A DNA stretch of 43,304 nt, taken from Rhabdaerophilum sp. Its GTDB lineage: Bacteria > Pseudomonadota > Alphaproteobacteria > Rhizobiales > Beijerinckiaceae. Under the pieces are notes generated by a model. That model was given only the letters and a program-made list of their open reading frames with translations. It did no database searches and had not been told where the DNA came from. The stretch is from assembly GCA_032229845.1 (NCBI GenBank), contig JAVTWI010000241.1, positions 1-43,304 on the forward strand, given 5' to 3'. Below are positions 1-9,623 of the stretch, piece by piece (position 1 is the first letter of the stretch; the number at the start of each line of letters is the position of its first letter). A program made the translations under genes and the position numbers.

Positions 1-128
1 CCGCGCCGCCCGCCGGGCGCCGGCGCGCGCGTATACACGGCCACGACGTCGTGCCCCTGTCCGATGATCTCGGTCAGCGTAGGGACCGCGAAATCCGGCG
101 TCCCCATGAAAACGACGCGCAGGCTCAC
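1..128 (-). CDS. fmt: Methionyl-tRNA formyltransferase, 5' part (runs off the window)
   Basis: Manual translation from GTG at 128: [43 protein letters not shown] (FMGTPDF motif); GTGA overlap with the def stop. Confidence 0.93.
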   Translation of the reverse strand, partial: MSLRVVFMGTPDFAVPTLTEIIGQGHDVVAVYTRAPAPGGRR

Positions 129-646
129 GCCTCGTCATCCTTCATGCGCGCGAGCTTGGCGTAGCGCTTCATGACACGGTCGCGCTTCAATTTGGAGAGA
201 TAATCGATGAACAAAACGCCGTTGAGGTGATCGACCTCGTGTTGGATGCAGGTCGCCAGCACGCCATCAGCCTCGATCTCGTGCTCTTTGAAGTCGATAT
301 CGCGGTATTTGAGCCGCACCCGATCCGGCCGCTCGACGGTCTCGTAATATTCGGGAATGGAAAGGCAACCCTCTTCCATCTCCCGCTTCTCCTCCGAGCG
401 CCAGACGATCTCTGGGTTGAGGAGCGCCATCGGCTCCTGCTTGTCGTCGCGTTTGGAGACATCCATCGTCACGACCCGCAGCGGCACGCCGACCTGGATC
501 GCCGCGAGGCCGATGCCGGGTGCGTCGTACATCGTCTGGAACATGTCGTCGACGAGCTTGCGCACTTCCTTGTCCACGCCGGCGACGGGCTTGGAGAGGA
601 GGCGCAATTGCGAATCGGGCAGGATGACGAGCGAGCGGATGGTCAT
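125..646 (-). CDS. def: Peptide deformylase
   Basis: Motifs [13 protein letters not shown] and HEVDH; directly upstream of fmt. Confidence 0.97.
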   Translation of the reverse strand: MTIRSLVILPDSQLRLLSKPVAGVDKEVRKLVDDMFQTMYDAPGIGLAAIQVGVPLRVVTMDVSKRDDKQEPMALLNPEIVWRSEEKREMEEGCLSIPEYYETVERPDRVRLKYRDIDFKEHEIEADGVLATCIQHEVDHLNGVLFIDYLSKLKRDRVMKRYAKLARMKDDEA

Positions 647-698
647 GGAAATCTCTCTTTTTTCCCCACTTAAGGATTGACGCGCGAGCGGTCAATAT

Positions 699-713
699 GT
701 TCATATTTTGTTC
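699..713 (+). promoter_or_regulatory. Alphaproteobacterial LexA (SOS) box
   Basis: GTTC-ATATTTT-GTTC, an exact GTTC-N7-GTTC, 36 bp upstream of rmuC. Confidence 0.8.
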
Positions 714-749
714 TAGAAGATTCCAGCGTGGGGAGGCGCTTGGGCCAGC

Positions 750-1952
750 ATGAATCAGGCGTTCCTCACGATCGGGGATTTCGTGGTGACGGTTTCGCAG
801 GCGCTCGCCGCAGGAGCGGCGGCGCTGTTGGTTCTGCTCGCTCTCATGGTGTTGCAGAACGCGCAGGCGGCGCGGAACCGCGCCGTCGAGGCGGCGGGGG
901 CGGTCGAACGCCAGCGCGAACTCGACGACAAGGTCGAGGCTATGAACCGCCTTCAGGCCGAGATGACCGGGCGGATGCAGACCTTGGCGGAAGTGTTCGG
1001 CTCCCGGCAGGCCGATCTCGCGCGGCTGATGTCGGAACGGCTTGATTCCGTGCGCCACTCGATGAACACCTCGCTGACCGAAACCGCGCAGAAAAGCGCC
1101 GAGACGCTGGGACGGCTCAACGAGCGCCTCGCGGTGATCGACGCCGCGCAGGCCGATCTCAAGGGGCTGACGAGCGAGGTACTGAGTCTCAAGGATGTGC
1201 TCGCCAACAAGCAGGCGCGCGGTGCTTACGGGCAGGGGCGGATGGAGGCGATCATCCGCGATGGGCTCCCGACCTCGGCTTACGATTTCCAGAAGACGCT
1301 GCAGAACCGCACGCGGCCGGATTGCGTGATCCACCTGCCGGGGGACGACCGCCCGCTGGTGATCGATGCGAAGTTTCCGCTCGAAGGCTTCGTCGCCTGG
1401 CGCGAGGCGGGTTCGGATGAGGCCCGTGCGCTGGCGGAGAAGCGCGTGCGTGCCGACGTCTCGACCCATATCAAGGACATTGCCGAGAAATACCTTGCGA
1501 CGGGCGAGACGCAGGATATCGCGCTGCTTTTCGTTCCGTCTGAGGCGGTTTACGCGGAGTTGTGCGAGAAATTCGACGATGTCGTCCAGAAGGCGCATCG
1601 TACGCGGGTGCTGATCGTCTCGCCCTCCATCCTGATGATGGCGGTGCAGGTCGCGCTCTCGATCGTCCGCGATGCGGCGGTGCGCGAGCAGGCCCGGCTG
1701 ATTCAGGGCGAATTGTCGAGGATGATGGAGGACGTTCGCCGCCTGTCGGATCGGGCCGGCAAGCTCGAGCAGCATTTCCGTCAGGCGCAGGAGGATGTCG
1801 CCGGCATCGTCACCTCCGCGGACAAGGTCGCGCGGCGCGGCACGCGGATCGAGCAGCTCGAATTCGAGCCGCCCGCGAAAACAGAAACACCGGAGAGGCC
1901 GTCTGCCAGCGAGGAAGTCCCGACGCTTCCGTTCAGGCGGCAGGTTCAGTGA
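750..1952 (+). CDS. rmuC: DNA recombination protein RmuC
   Basis: N-terminal TM anchor, coiled coil, RGAYGQ, RPDCVIHLP, IDAKFP and FVPSE motifs. Confidence 0.93.
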   Translation: MNQAFLTIGDFVVTVSQALAAGAAALLVLLALMVLQNAQAARNRAVEAAGAVERQRELDDKVEAMNRLQAEMTGRMQTLAEVFGSRQADLARLMSERLDSVRHSMNTSLTETAQKSAETLGRLNERLAVIDAAQADLKGLTSEVLSLKDVLANKQARGAYGQGRMEAIIRDGLPTSAYDFQKTLQNRTRPDCVIHLPGDDRPLVIDAKFPLEGFVAWREAGSDEARALAEKRVRADVSTHIKDIAEKYLATGETQDIALLFVPSEAVYAELCEKFDDVVQKAHRTRVLIVSPSILMMAVQVALSIVRDAAVREQARLIQGELSRMMEDVRRLSDRAGKLEQHFRQAQEDVAGIVTSADKVARRGTRIEQLEFEPPAKTETPERPSASEEVPTLPFRRQVQ

Positions 1953-3132
1953 AAGCGGGTGATTGGACGAATCCGTCGATGATCCGGCCGTAGATGCGCG
2001 CCAGCGTGTCGATCTCGGTGATCGAGGCGCGCTCGTCGACCTTGTGCATGGTCTTGCCGACGATGCCGAATTCGATCACCGGGCAATAGGCCTGGATGAA
2101 CCGCGCATCCGAGGTGCCGCCTGTCGTCGAGGCTTCGGGGGTGAGCCCGGTTTCCGCCTCGACGGCCCGGGTTACGAGGTCGACGAACGGACCGGGCTGG
2201 GTCAGAAACGCCTCGGCATTGGTGGGATGACAGACGAGTTCGAACGAACCCAGATCGTTGACGCCGGCGAGGCGCCGGCGCAATTCGGACTCCAGCGTCC
2301 TACTCGTCCAGAGATCGTTGAACCGGATATTGAATTTGGCGACAGCCTTGGCGGGAATGACGTTCCGGGCACTGTTGCCGACATCGACCGAGGTGAATTC
2401 GAGGTTGGAGGCGGGAAAGAATTCCGTTCCCCGGTCGAGCGGTTCCTTCAGCGGCGCCATCAGGCGCACAAGCCGGTCGATCGGGTTCTGCGCAAGGTGC
2501 GGATAGGCGACATGGCCCTGCACGCCCTCGACGACCAGATCGCCGGAGAGCGAACCGCGTCGACCGACCTTCATCATCTCGCCCATGCGCTGCGGGTTGG
2601 TCGGCTCGCCGAGGACGCAGGCGGCAAAGCGCTTGCCCCGCGCGGCAGCCCATTCGAGCAACTTGACCGTGCCGTTGATCGCGTCCGCTTCCTCGTCGCC
2701 AGTGATCAGGAATGCCAGGCGAAATGTCTTCGGAGCACCGTGCCGGTCGATGTGATCGAGTACCGCGGCGATGGCGGCCGCAACGCCGGACTTCATGTCG
2801 CAAGCCCCCCGGCCCCAGATCTCGCCGTTGATCACCGCGCCGGAGAAGGGCGGTTGGGTCCAGAGGGTTTCGGCGCCGGGCGGGACGACGTCGGTGTGCC
2901 CGGCGAACAGGAGGCAAGGTCCGCCCGCGCCAATCTCGGCATAGAGGTTTTCGACATCATAGGTCCCGGCCTCGCTAAAAACGGGGCGATTGATCTCGAA
3001 GCCGTAGGGTTGCAGCCAGTTCTCGATCAACGCCAGCGCGCCGGCCTCCTCGGGCGTCACGGAGGCGCAGCGTACGAGATCGCGGGTCATGCGGGCGGCA
3101 CGGGAAAGATCGGTCATGGCGTCGTCCTGCAT
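1933..3132 (-). CDS. dapE: Succinyl-diaminopimelate desuccinylase
   Basis: FAGHTDVVP, GRGACDMK, GDEE, GRRGS, GHVAYPH, GGTSDARF; start at ATG 3132 (TAATG overlap with the HPP stop) or 3117. Confidence 0.93.
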   Translation of the reverse strand: MQDDAMTDLSRAARMTRDLVRCASVTPEEAGALALIENWLQPYGFEINRPVFSEAGTYDVENLYAEIGAGGPCLLFAGHTDVVPPGAETLWTQPPFSGAVINGEIWGRGACDMKSGVAAAIAAVLDHIDRHGAPKTFRLAFLITGDEEADAINGTVKLLEWAAARGKRFAACVLGEPTNPQRMGEMMKVGRRGSLSGDLVVEGVQGHVAYPHLAQNPIDRLVRLMAPLKEPLDRGTEFFPASNLEFTSVDVGNSARNVIPAKAVAKFNIRFNDLWTSRTLESELRRRLAGVNDLGSFELVCHPTNAEAFLTQPGPFVDLVTRAVEAETGLTPEASTTGGTSDARFIQAYCPVIEFGIVGKTMHKVDERASITEIDTLARIYGRIIDGFVQSPAFTEPAA

Positions 3133-3656
3133 TACCACCAGCCCTCGCGTGGCCAAGCGCATTTGCCGCCTGCTCGATGCCAGCAATACGCGAAGGCCGC
3201 AAGCAGAAGCGCGCCGAGGCCAACCGGCGCGATCAGAAATCCGAAACCAAGCCCGTCATTGCCGATGAGGAATGGATTGATCCCGGCGGGCGGGTGGAAA
3301 CACCGCGTGAGGTGCATGAGCACGACGGCAAGCGCCACGCCGGCCGCCGCTACGTAAGGCGAGGGACCGAACAGCAGCATGAGCGGGTAGCCTGCCAGCG
3401 CGGAAACGAGATGTCCGCCGATCAGGGCACGCGGCTGGGCGGGGTCCGCTTCCGGTGCGCCGAGCACCAGGACGATCGACGTGACGAACGGGATGAGATG
3501 GAAGGGTTTCGCATCAAGCCAGGCGCCGAGTTCCATGCCGGCGACGGCGATCCCCGCACCGAGCGCTCCCCACCATGCCGACGCGAAACGCTGTCGCGGC
3601 CCGTACCAAAGACCACGAACGCGCTGGATGACGATATCGCGACGGCGCACCGCCAT
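3132..3656 (-). CDS. HPP family integral membrane protein
   Basis: PAQPRALIGGH and FHPPAG motifs, several hydrophobic helices; ATG 3656 overlaps the Anbu stop (TGATG). Confidence 0.85.
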   Translation of the reverse strand: MAVRRRDIVIQRVRGLWYGPRQRFASAWWGALGAGIAVAGMELGAWLDAKPFHLIPFVTSIVLVLGAPEADPAQPRALIGGHLVSALAGYPLMLLFGPSPYVAAAGVALAVVLMHLTRCFHPPAGINPFLIGNDGLGFGFLIAPVGLGALLLAAFAYCWHRAGGKCAWPREGWW

Positions 3657-4402
3657 CACGTCGTCTTGGCCCGGTAGGGCGGGGTCGGGATGTCGTTGTG
3701 GGCCTTGCGAAGGGCGGCCGACCACCGCTCGCGCAGATCGTGGAAATAGGGTTCGCCTGCTTCGATCCGGTGTTCGAGTTCAGAGCGCAGGGCATCGCGC
3801 CGCAGCACCAGAACGTCGATCGGCAGGCCGACGCCGAGGTTGGAGCGCATGGTCGAATCCATCGAGATCAACCCGAGCTTGAGCGCGTCGTAGAGATGGG
3901 TCTTGTCGGTGACGGCCCGGTCGAGGATCGGTTTGCCGTACTTGTGCTCGCCGATCTGGAGATAGGGCGTATCGGTCGTCGCCTCGATGAAGTTTCCGGC
4001 CTTGTAGAGCATGAAGAGGCGCAGCGAGCGTCCCTCGATCTGCCCGCCGAGCAGCATCGAGACGTCGAGCGAGGCGCCGTGCTGTTCGATGGCCGTGCCG
4101 ACATCCTGATAGACGCGGCGGATAACCTCGCCGACGAACTGCGCGGCGCGGAACATCGACGTCTGGTCGAGCAGGGTCTCGAGGCTGCCGTCCGGCCGTT
4201 CCAGCCCCTCGCGCAGGACCGAGATGACCGACTGGGTGAAGCCGAGATTGCCGGCGGTCGCAATCGCGAACAGCTTCTCGCCGGGCTTCTGGAAGATATG
4301 GAGCTTGCGGAACGTCGCGATGTTGTCGAGCCCGGCATTGGTGCGGGTGTCGGCAATCATGACGAGCCCGTCGTTCGTCAGAATACCCACGCAATACGTC
4401 AT
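3656..4402 (-). CDS. Proteasome-type (Ntn-hydrolase) protease Anbu
   Basis: MTYCVG...ADTRTNAGLDNIATFRKL (Thr1/Asp17/Lys32 pattern), QIGEHKYGKPILDR, STMRSNLGVG. Confidence 0.92.
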   Translation of the reverse strand: MTYCVGILTNDGLVMIADTRTNAGLDNIATFRKLHIFQKPGEKLFAIATAGNLGFTQSVISVLREGLERPDGSLETLLDQTSMFRAAQFVGEVIRRVYQDVGTAIEQHGASLDVSMLLGGQIEGRSLRLFMLYKAGNFIEATTDTPYLQIGEHKYGKPILDRAVTDKTHLYDALKLGLISMDSTMRSNLGVGLPIDVLVLRRDALRSELEHRIEAGEPYFHDLRERWSAALRKAHNDIPTPPYRAKTT

Positions 4403-4462
4403 CGTCGCTCCTGTGGAAAGCTGGTGCCCGGCCATAGCAAAGCGCGGCCGGGTTGCGGAAGC

Positions 4463-5287
4463 CTATTGTTCGATGGCCCGGCTCGCCCCGCTCAGGTGAA
4501 TGAGCACCTTGAGCGCCTCGCCGGCACCGCCGATGCGCGCGCCGCGGATCGGGGCGGCCTCGAGATAGTCCCGGCCGATGGCGACGCGAACGAAGCGATG
4601 GTCGGTGCAAAGGCCGTGCGCGGGGTCGAAGCCAATCCAGCCGAGCATGGGCACGTAGGCCTCCGCCCAGGCGTGGCCGGCGCTCTGGTGGACGCTGTCG
4701 GTGCGCAGGAAATATCCGCTGACATAGCGTGCCGGGATTCGCTGCGTTCGCGCGGCCGCGACGAAGACATGCGCGAAATCCTGACACACGCCGGCGCGGG
4801 CGGCGAAAGCCTCGCCGGCGGCTGTCGCCACATGGGTCGCATCGGGATCGAAGCGGAACTGGCCGCAGATCGCGGCGTTGAGCTGATGCAGGAATGCCAG
4901 CGTATCCCCGCCCTCTCCGGCCGCCAGCGCCGCTGCGAATTCCGCAAGGCCTTCGCGGGCCTCCGTCAGCGGCGTGGGACTCATCCAGTAGGCGACCGGA
5001 AAACGCTCATAGGTGCCGCGCACCACGCCGGCGTCGTCCGAGACATCGATCTCGCCGTTGACGGTGATCGTCAGCTCGTTGATCGGGCCGTCGATCGAGA
5101 ACGTGTGGGTGATGTTGCCGTAGGCGTCCTCATCGCGCTGGAGCCGGCCGTCGGCGTCGATCTCGACCCGCCAGTTGTGGACCGACTGCGTCGAGTGGTT
5201 GCGCGGCGTCAGCCGCAGGACCTGGATCGCCCCGCGCGCCGGTTGCTCATAGCGGTAATGTGTCTGGTGTCGCAGCTTCAGCCGCAT
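4463..5287 (-). CDS. Transglutaminase-like protein (bacterial N-terminal domain plus catalytic core)
   Basis: H-T-Y-Y N-terminal pattern, LRLTP, catalytic triad in GVCQDFAH / HAWAE / GFDP. Confidence 0.92.
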   Translation of the reverse strand: MRLKLRHQTHYRYEQPARGAIQVLRLTPRNHSTQSVHNWRVEIDADGRLQRDEDAYGNITHTFSIDGPINELTITVNGEIDVSDDAGVVRGTYERFPVAYWMSPTPLTEAREGLAEFAAALAAGEGGDTLAFLHQLNAAICGQFRFDPDATHVATAAGEAFAARAGVCQDFAHVFVAAARTQRIPARYVSGYFLRTDSVHQSAGHAWAEAYVPMLGWIGFDPAHGLCTDHRFVRVAIGRDYLEAAPIRGARIGGAGEALKVLIHLSGASRAIEQ

Positions 5288-5309
5288 CGCTTTCTCCATG
5301 CGGCCGGAA

Positions 5310-6251
5310 CTATTGCAGGTATTGCTCGGAAATCGCGAGTCCGAGCTGGCTGTTGTCCGCAATGAATTGCGTCAGGAATTCATGCAGTCCGCTCTGGAAC
5401 AGGGTGTCGCCATCGAGGTTCTGAAGCCCCGCATAGGTCTTGCGCACCAGCCGCTGGCTCGGCCCCTGCCGGCCGTATTGCTCGGACAGGAGATCGAGCA
5501 CGCGGTTGAGATTTTCGTAGGCGAAGATCAGCGACCGCGGCTGCTCGGAGCGGCGGACGAGGAATTCCGCCACCAGCCAGGGACGGATGCCGCCACGATA
5601 GATGAGATGGTACGAGTTGAGCGACGAGACGGCGCGCAGCAGCGCCGACCACTGGAAATAGTCGAGCCCGCCACCGACACTCTCCGTCTGCGGCAGCACG
5701 ACGTGGTATTTGACGTCAAGCAGCCGGGCGGTGTTATCAGCCCGCTCGACGAACATGCCGAGCCGCTGGAACCAGTAATGATCGGTGCGCAGCATCGTCC
5801 GGTAGGCGGCGCCGTCGAAGCGCAGCGAAACCTCTTTCACGAAGGCGAGAAAGCGCGAGAGGTCCTTGCCGGTGAAGCTCTTGAACTTCTGCCGCTGGAG
5901 TTCGCCCCAGGCATCGTTGAGGATCTCCCACATCTCGGTGGTGATCGCCGTGCGCACCGCGCGGGCGTTGTGACGGGCGATCTCGATGCAGCGCCGGATT
6001 GAAGAGGGATTGTTTGGCCCGTCGATCAGGAACTGCGTGACGCTGGCCTGGTCGGCGACCTCGTTGTTCTCGAAAAAGAGCTGGCGGCACATCGCGATGT
6101 CGATCGCGCTCTCCCATTCGTTGGAGGTGCCGGCATAGGCCGAGGGCAGGGTGGCGAGGCGCAGCGCGACGTCAAGGATGCGCGCGAGGCTTTCGGCGCG
6201 TTCGACATAGCGCGAGAGCCAGAACAGGTTGTCGGCCGTGCGGGCAAGCAT
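5310..6251 (-). CDS. Alpha-E domain protein (DUF403-like)
   Basis: MLARTADNLFWLSRYVERAE and FVERADNTARLLDVK repeated ER motifs; position in the Anbu module. Confidence 0.92.
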   Translation of the reverse strand: MLARTADNLFWLSRYVERAESLARILDVALRLATLPSAYAGTSNEWESAIDIAMCRQLFFENNEVADQASVTQFLIDGPNNPSSIRRCIEIARHNARAVRTAITTEMWEILNDAWGELQRQKFKSFTGKDLSRFLAFVKEVSLRFDGAAYRTMLRTDHYWFQRLGMFVERADNTARLLDVKYHVVLPQTESVGGGLDYFQWSALLRAVSSLNSYHLIYRGGIRPWLVAEFLVRRSEQPRSLIFAYENLNRVLDLLSEQYGRQGPSQRLVRKTYAGLQNLDGDTLFQSGLHEFLTQFIADNSQLGLAISEQYLQ

Positions 6252-6261
6252 GGGCGCCTCC

Positions 6262-7734
6262 TCAGTTCATCTGCCGCTGGGACTGTTTCTGTCCCTTCGG
6301 CGGGGAGGGCGCGTCGTCGATCACCCAGGTATCCTTGGTTCCGCCGCCCTGGCTGGAATTGACGACGAGCGACCCTTCCTTGAGCGCCACGCGCGTCAGT
6401 CCGCCCGGCACGATGCGGACCTTGTCCGATCCCGAGAGCACGAACGGGCGAAGGTCGACGTGTCGTGGCGCCAGTCCGCTTTCGACGAAGCAGGGGCTGG
6501 TCGAGAGCGCAAGCGTCGGCTGGGCGATGTAGTTGGCGGGGTTGGCCCTCACCTTGGCGGCGAAGGCCTCGCGCTGCGCCTTGGTGGCGTGCGGGCCGAC
6601 CAGCATCCCGTAGCCGCCCGAGCCGTTGACCTCCTTGACGACGAGGTCCTTGATGTTGGCGAGCACGTGGCCGAGCGCATCCGGTTCGCGACAGCGCCAG
6701 GTCGGCACGTTGGCGAGTTTCGGCTCCTCGCCGGTATAGAACTTCACGATCTCCGGCATGTAGGAATAGACCGCCTTGTCGTCCGCGACGCCGGTACCGA
6801 CTGCATTGGAAAGCGTCACATTGCCGGCTTTATAGGCAGACATCAGCCCGGCGACGCCCAGCGTGCTGTCCGGCCGGAATGTCAGGGGATCGAGAAACTC
6901 GTCGTCGATGCGCCGGTAGATCACATCGACGCGCTGCGGCCCCTCGGTCGTGCGCATGTAGACGACATTCGAGCGCACGAAGAGATCGCGGCCTTCGACC
7001 AGTTCCACGCCCATCCTGTCGGCGAGGAAGGTATGCTCGTAATAGGCCGAGTTGAACGGACCCGGCGTCAGGACGACGACGGTCGGCTCGCGCGAGGCCG
7101 TTGCCGGCGCTAGCGACCGCAGGGTTGTCAGCAGTTCGTCCGGGTACTGATCGACTGGCTTGATGCGCAGCCGGGCGAAAAGCTCCGGAAAAAGCCGCAG
7201 CATCGCCTCGCGGTTTTCCATCATGTAGGAAACGCCGGACGGCGTGCGGGCATTGTCCTCCAGAACGAAGAAGTCATCGGGGCCGGTCCGCACCAGGTCG
7301 ATGCCGGCAATATGCGTATAGAGCCCCGCTGCGGGCTTGATCCGCGTCATTTCCGGGCGAAAGGCGGGGTTGGAGAGGATCAGGTCCTCGGGCACCACGC
7401 CGGCCTTGACGATCTCGCGCGCGCCGTAGACGTCGCCGATGAAGGCGTTGAGCGCCTTGACACGCTGCTCGAGGCCCACGGAGAGTCGCGCCCATTCGTC
7501 GCCGGAGAGAATGCGCGGGAAGATGTCGAACGGGATGATCCGCTCCGCGCCGGCTTCGTCGCCATAGACCGCGAAGGTGATGCCGATGCGCCGGAAGAAG
7601 GCCTCTGCCTCCGCCTTGCGGCTGGCGATCAGTTCGGGGCTCGCCTCGCGGAACCAGGCGACGGCTTCGCGGTAGATGGGGCGGGGCTCGGTATCGAGAC
7701 CGCCGGTCTCGTCGAAAATCACGCGCTCACTCAT
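6262..7734 (-). CDS. Circularly permuted type 2 ATP-grasp protein
   Basis: GITFAVY, ERIIPFD, VLEDNARTPSGVSY, GSGGYGML, PRHVDLRPF, VVNSSQGGGTKDTW; RBS GGGGAGAGG before ATG 7734. Confidence 0.93.
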   Translation of the reverse strand: MSERVIFDETGGLDTEPRPIYREAVAWFREASPELIASRKAEAEAFFRRIGITFAVYGDEAGAERIIPFDIFPRILSGDEWARLSVGLEQRVKALNAFIGDVYGAREIVKAGVVPEDLILSNPAFRPEMTRIKPAAGLYTHIAGIDLVRTGPDDFFVLEDNARTPSGVSYMMENREAMLRLFPELFARLRIKPVDQYPDELLTTLRSLAPATASREPTVVVLTPGPFNSAYYEHTFLADRMGVELVEGRDLFVRSNVVYMRTTEGPQRVDVIYRRIDDEFLDPLTFRPDSTLGVAGLMSAYKAGNVTLSNAVGTGVADDKAVYSYMPEIVKFYTGEEPKLANVPTWRCREPDALGHVLANIKDLVVKEVNGSGGYGMLVGPHATKAQREAFAAKVRANPANYIAQPTLALSTSPCFVESGLAPRHVDLRPFVLSGSDKVRIVPGGLTRVALKEGSLVVNSSQGGGTKDTWVIDDAPSPPKGQKQSQRQMN

Positions 7735-7786
7735 CGTCCTCTCCCCCGATGCCGGCCGATCTTCGGGCCGGCGATGCAATCGTTGC

Positions 7787-7803
7787 AGCAAATGGCAGGC
7801 CAA
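7787..7803 (-). promoter_or_regulatory. sigma54 (-24/-12) promoter of the Anbu module
   Basis: Minus strand TTGGCCTGCCATTTGCT, i.e. TGGC-N7-TTGCT with exact GG-N10-GC spacing, ~55 bp upstream of the ATG. Confidence 0.7.
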
Positions 7804-7878
7804 AACCAGCCGGAAAGCGATGCGATTGCTTGCGACCATTGGAGGGGTTGATCGGCAAGGTTGCAAGGAAATTTAGCA

Positions 7879-7893
7879 GCGCCACCTCAGTGC
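7879..7893. promoter_or_regulatory. Possible NtrC-type enhancer site
   Basis: Minus strand GCAC-TGAGGTG-GCGC, one mismatch to GCAC-N7-GTGC, ~80 bp upstream of the sigma54 site. Confidence 0.35.
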
Positions 7894-7995
7894 TGTACGC
7901 GCGCCCGTGCGGGCGATAGGGGCTTGCCAGACCCGACGATTTGCAGCATAAGAAAACATGAAATTTAATTCCGCAAAATAGCACGAGGCTCCCCG

Positions 7996-9186
7996 ATGTC
8001 CGCCAAGTCCAGCCGTTTCAACTGGTCCGATGCGCTGCTGCTCGACGATCAGCTGACCGACGACGAGCGCATGATCCGGGATGCCGCGCGGGCCTTCGCG
8101 CAGGGCGAACTGGCGCCGCGAATCGAGGCAGCCTACCTTGAGGAAAAGACGGACCCAGGCCTGTTCCGCCTGATGGGTGAGCAGGGCCTTCTCGGTGTCA
8201 CGCTGCCGGAGAAATACGGCTGCGCCGCCGCCGGCTATGTCTCCTACGGGCTTGTCGCACGCGAGGTCGAGCGCGTGGATTCGGGCTATCGCTCGATGAT
8301 GAGCGTGCAGTCCTCGCTCGTGATGTATCCGATCTACACCTACGGTTCGGAAGAGCAGCGGATGAAGTATCTGCCGAAGCTGGCTTCGGGCGAGTTCATC
8401 GGCTGCTTCGGCTTGACCGAGCCCGACGCCGGCTCCGACCCCGGCTCGATGAAGACCCGTGCCGAGAAGATCGACGGCGGCTATCGCCTGACCGGCACCA
8501 AGATGTGGATTTCCAACGCGCCGATCGCCGATGTCTTCGTTGTCTGGGCGAAGAGCGCCGCCCACGACAACGAGATCCGCGGTTTCGTGCTGGAAAAGGG
8601 CATGAAGGGGCTTTCCGCGCCGAAGATCGGCGGCAAGCTCTCCTTGCGCGCCTCGATCACCGGCGAGATCGTGATGGACGGCGTCGAGGTCGGCGAGGAG
8701 GCGCTGCTGCCGAACGTTTCGGGCCTCAAGGGGCCGTTCGGCTGCCTCAACCGCGCGCGTTACGGCATCAGCTGGGGCGTTCTCGGCGCGGCGGAGGATT
8801 GCTGGCACCGCGCACGGCAATACGGGCTTGACCGCAAGCAGTTCAACAAGCCGCTCGCCCAGACCCAGCTCTTCCAGAAGAAGCTCGCCGATATGCAGAC
8901 CGAGATCACCCTCGGCCTTCAGGCGTCCTTGCGTGTCGGCCGGCTGATGGACGAGCATCGCGAGGCGCCGGAGATGATCTCCCTCGTCAAGCGCAACAAC
9001 TGCGGCAAGGCGCTCGATATCGCCCGCCAGGCGCGTGACATGCACGGCGGCAACGGCATCCAGATCGAATATCACGTGATGCGCCACGCCCAGAACCTCG
9101 AAACGGTGAACACCTACGAGGGCACGCATGACGTGCATGCCCTGATCCTCGGCCGCGCGCAGACCGGGCTTCAGGCCTTCTTCTGA
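7996..9186 (+). CDS. gcdH: Glutaryl-CoA dehydrogenase
   Basis: [58 protein letters not shown]. Confidence 0.92.
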   Translation: MSAKSSRFNWSDALLLDDQLTDDERMIRDAARAFAQGELAPRIEAAYLEEKTDPGLFRLMGEQGLLGVTLPEKYGCAAAGYVSYGLVAREVERVDSGYRSMMSVQSSLVMYPIYTYGSEEQRMKYLPKLASGEFIGCFGLTEPDAGSDPGSMKTRAEKIDGGYRLTGTKMWISNAPIADVFVVWAKSAAHDNEIRGFVLEKGMKGLSAPKIGGKLSLRASITGEIVMDGVEVGEEALLPNVSGLKGPFGCLNRARYGISWGVLGAAEDCWHRARQYGLDRKQFNKPLAQTQLFQKKLADMQTEITLGLQASLRVGRLMDEHREAPEMISLVKRNNCGKALDIARQARDMHGGNGIQIEYHVMRHAQNLETVNTYEGTHDVHALILGRAQTGLQAFF

Positions 9187-9623
9187 TGATCGGCCTGCGG
9201 GCGTTCCGCTCGGGAGCCTTGCTGTTCGCCCTCGTATTCGCCGCCGGTTTCGCGCTCGGCGCCATTCGCGAAATCCTCGTCCGGCCCTATCTCGGGCCGG
9301 AGACGAGCCGTCTTCTCGAACTGCCGCTGATGATCGGGATTTCGTTCGTGGCGGCTGAGTCCGTTGTGCGCCGCACCGGTCCGGCGGACCGGCGCACATG
9401 GCTTCGCACCGGTCTCGTCGCGTTCCTGCTCTTGATCGTGGCTGAACTCGTGCTAGGCGAAATCCTGTTCCGGCGTGGCTTGATGGCCTTTCTCCGGGAT
9501 GCCATGACGCTCCCCGGTGCTCTGTCGCTTCTGGCGCAGGTGCTGTTGATCGTCATGCCGCTCTGGGCCGCGCAAAGGACAGGACATATCGATGACGGAA
9601 ACCGCCGCCGACCCTCGCCGTGA
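9186..9623 (+). CDS. Hypothetical membrane protein (about 4 TM helices)
   Basis: Hydrophobic segments; TGATG coupling to gcdH; 32-bp overlap with prmB. Confidence 0.7.
   Translation: MIGLRAFRSGALLFALVFAAGFALGAIREILVRPYLGPETSRLLELPLMIGISFVAAESVVRRTGPADRRTWLRTGLVAFLLLIVAELVLGEILFRRGLMAFLRDAMTLPGALSLLAQVLLIVMPLWAAQRTGHIDDGNRRRPSP

Noticed and set aside
7940-7980. AT-rich LysR-type site upstream of gcdH
   Set aside because: T-N11-A is too degenerate and no regulator gene is adjacent
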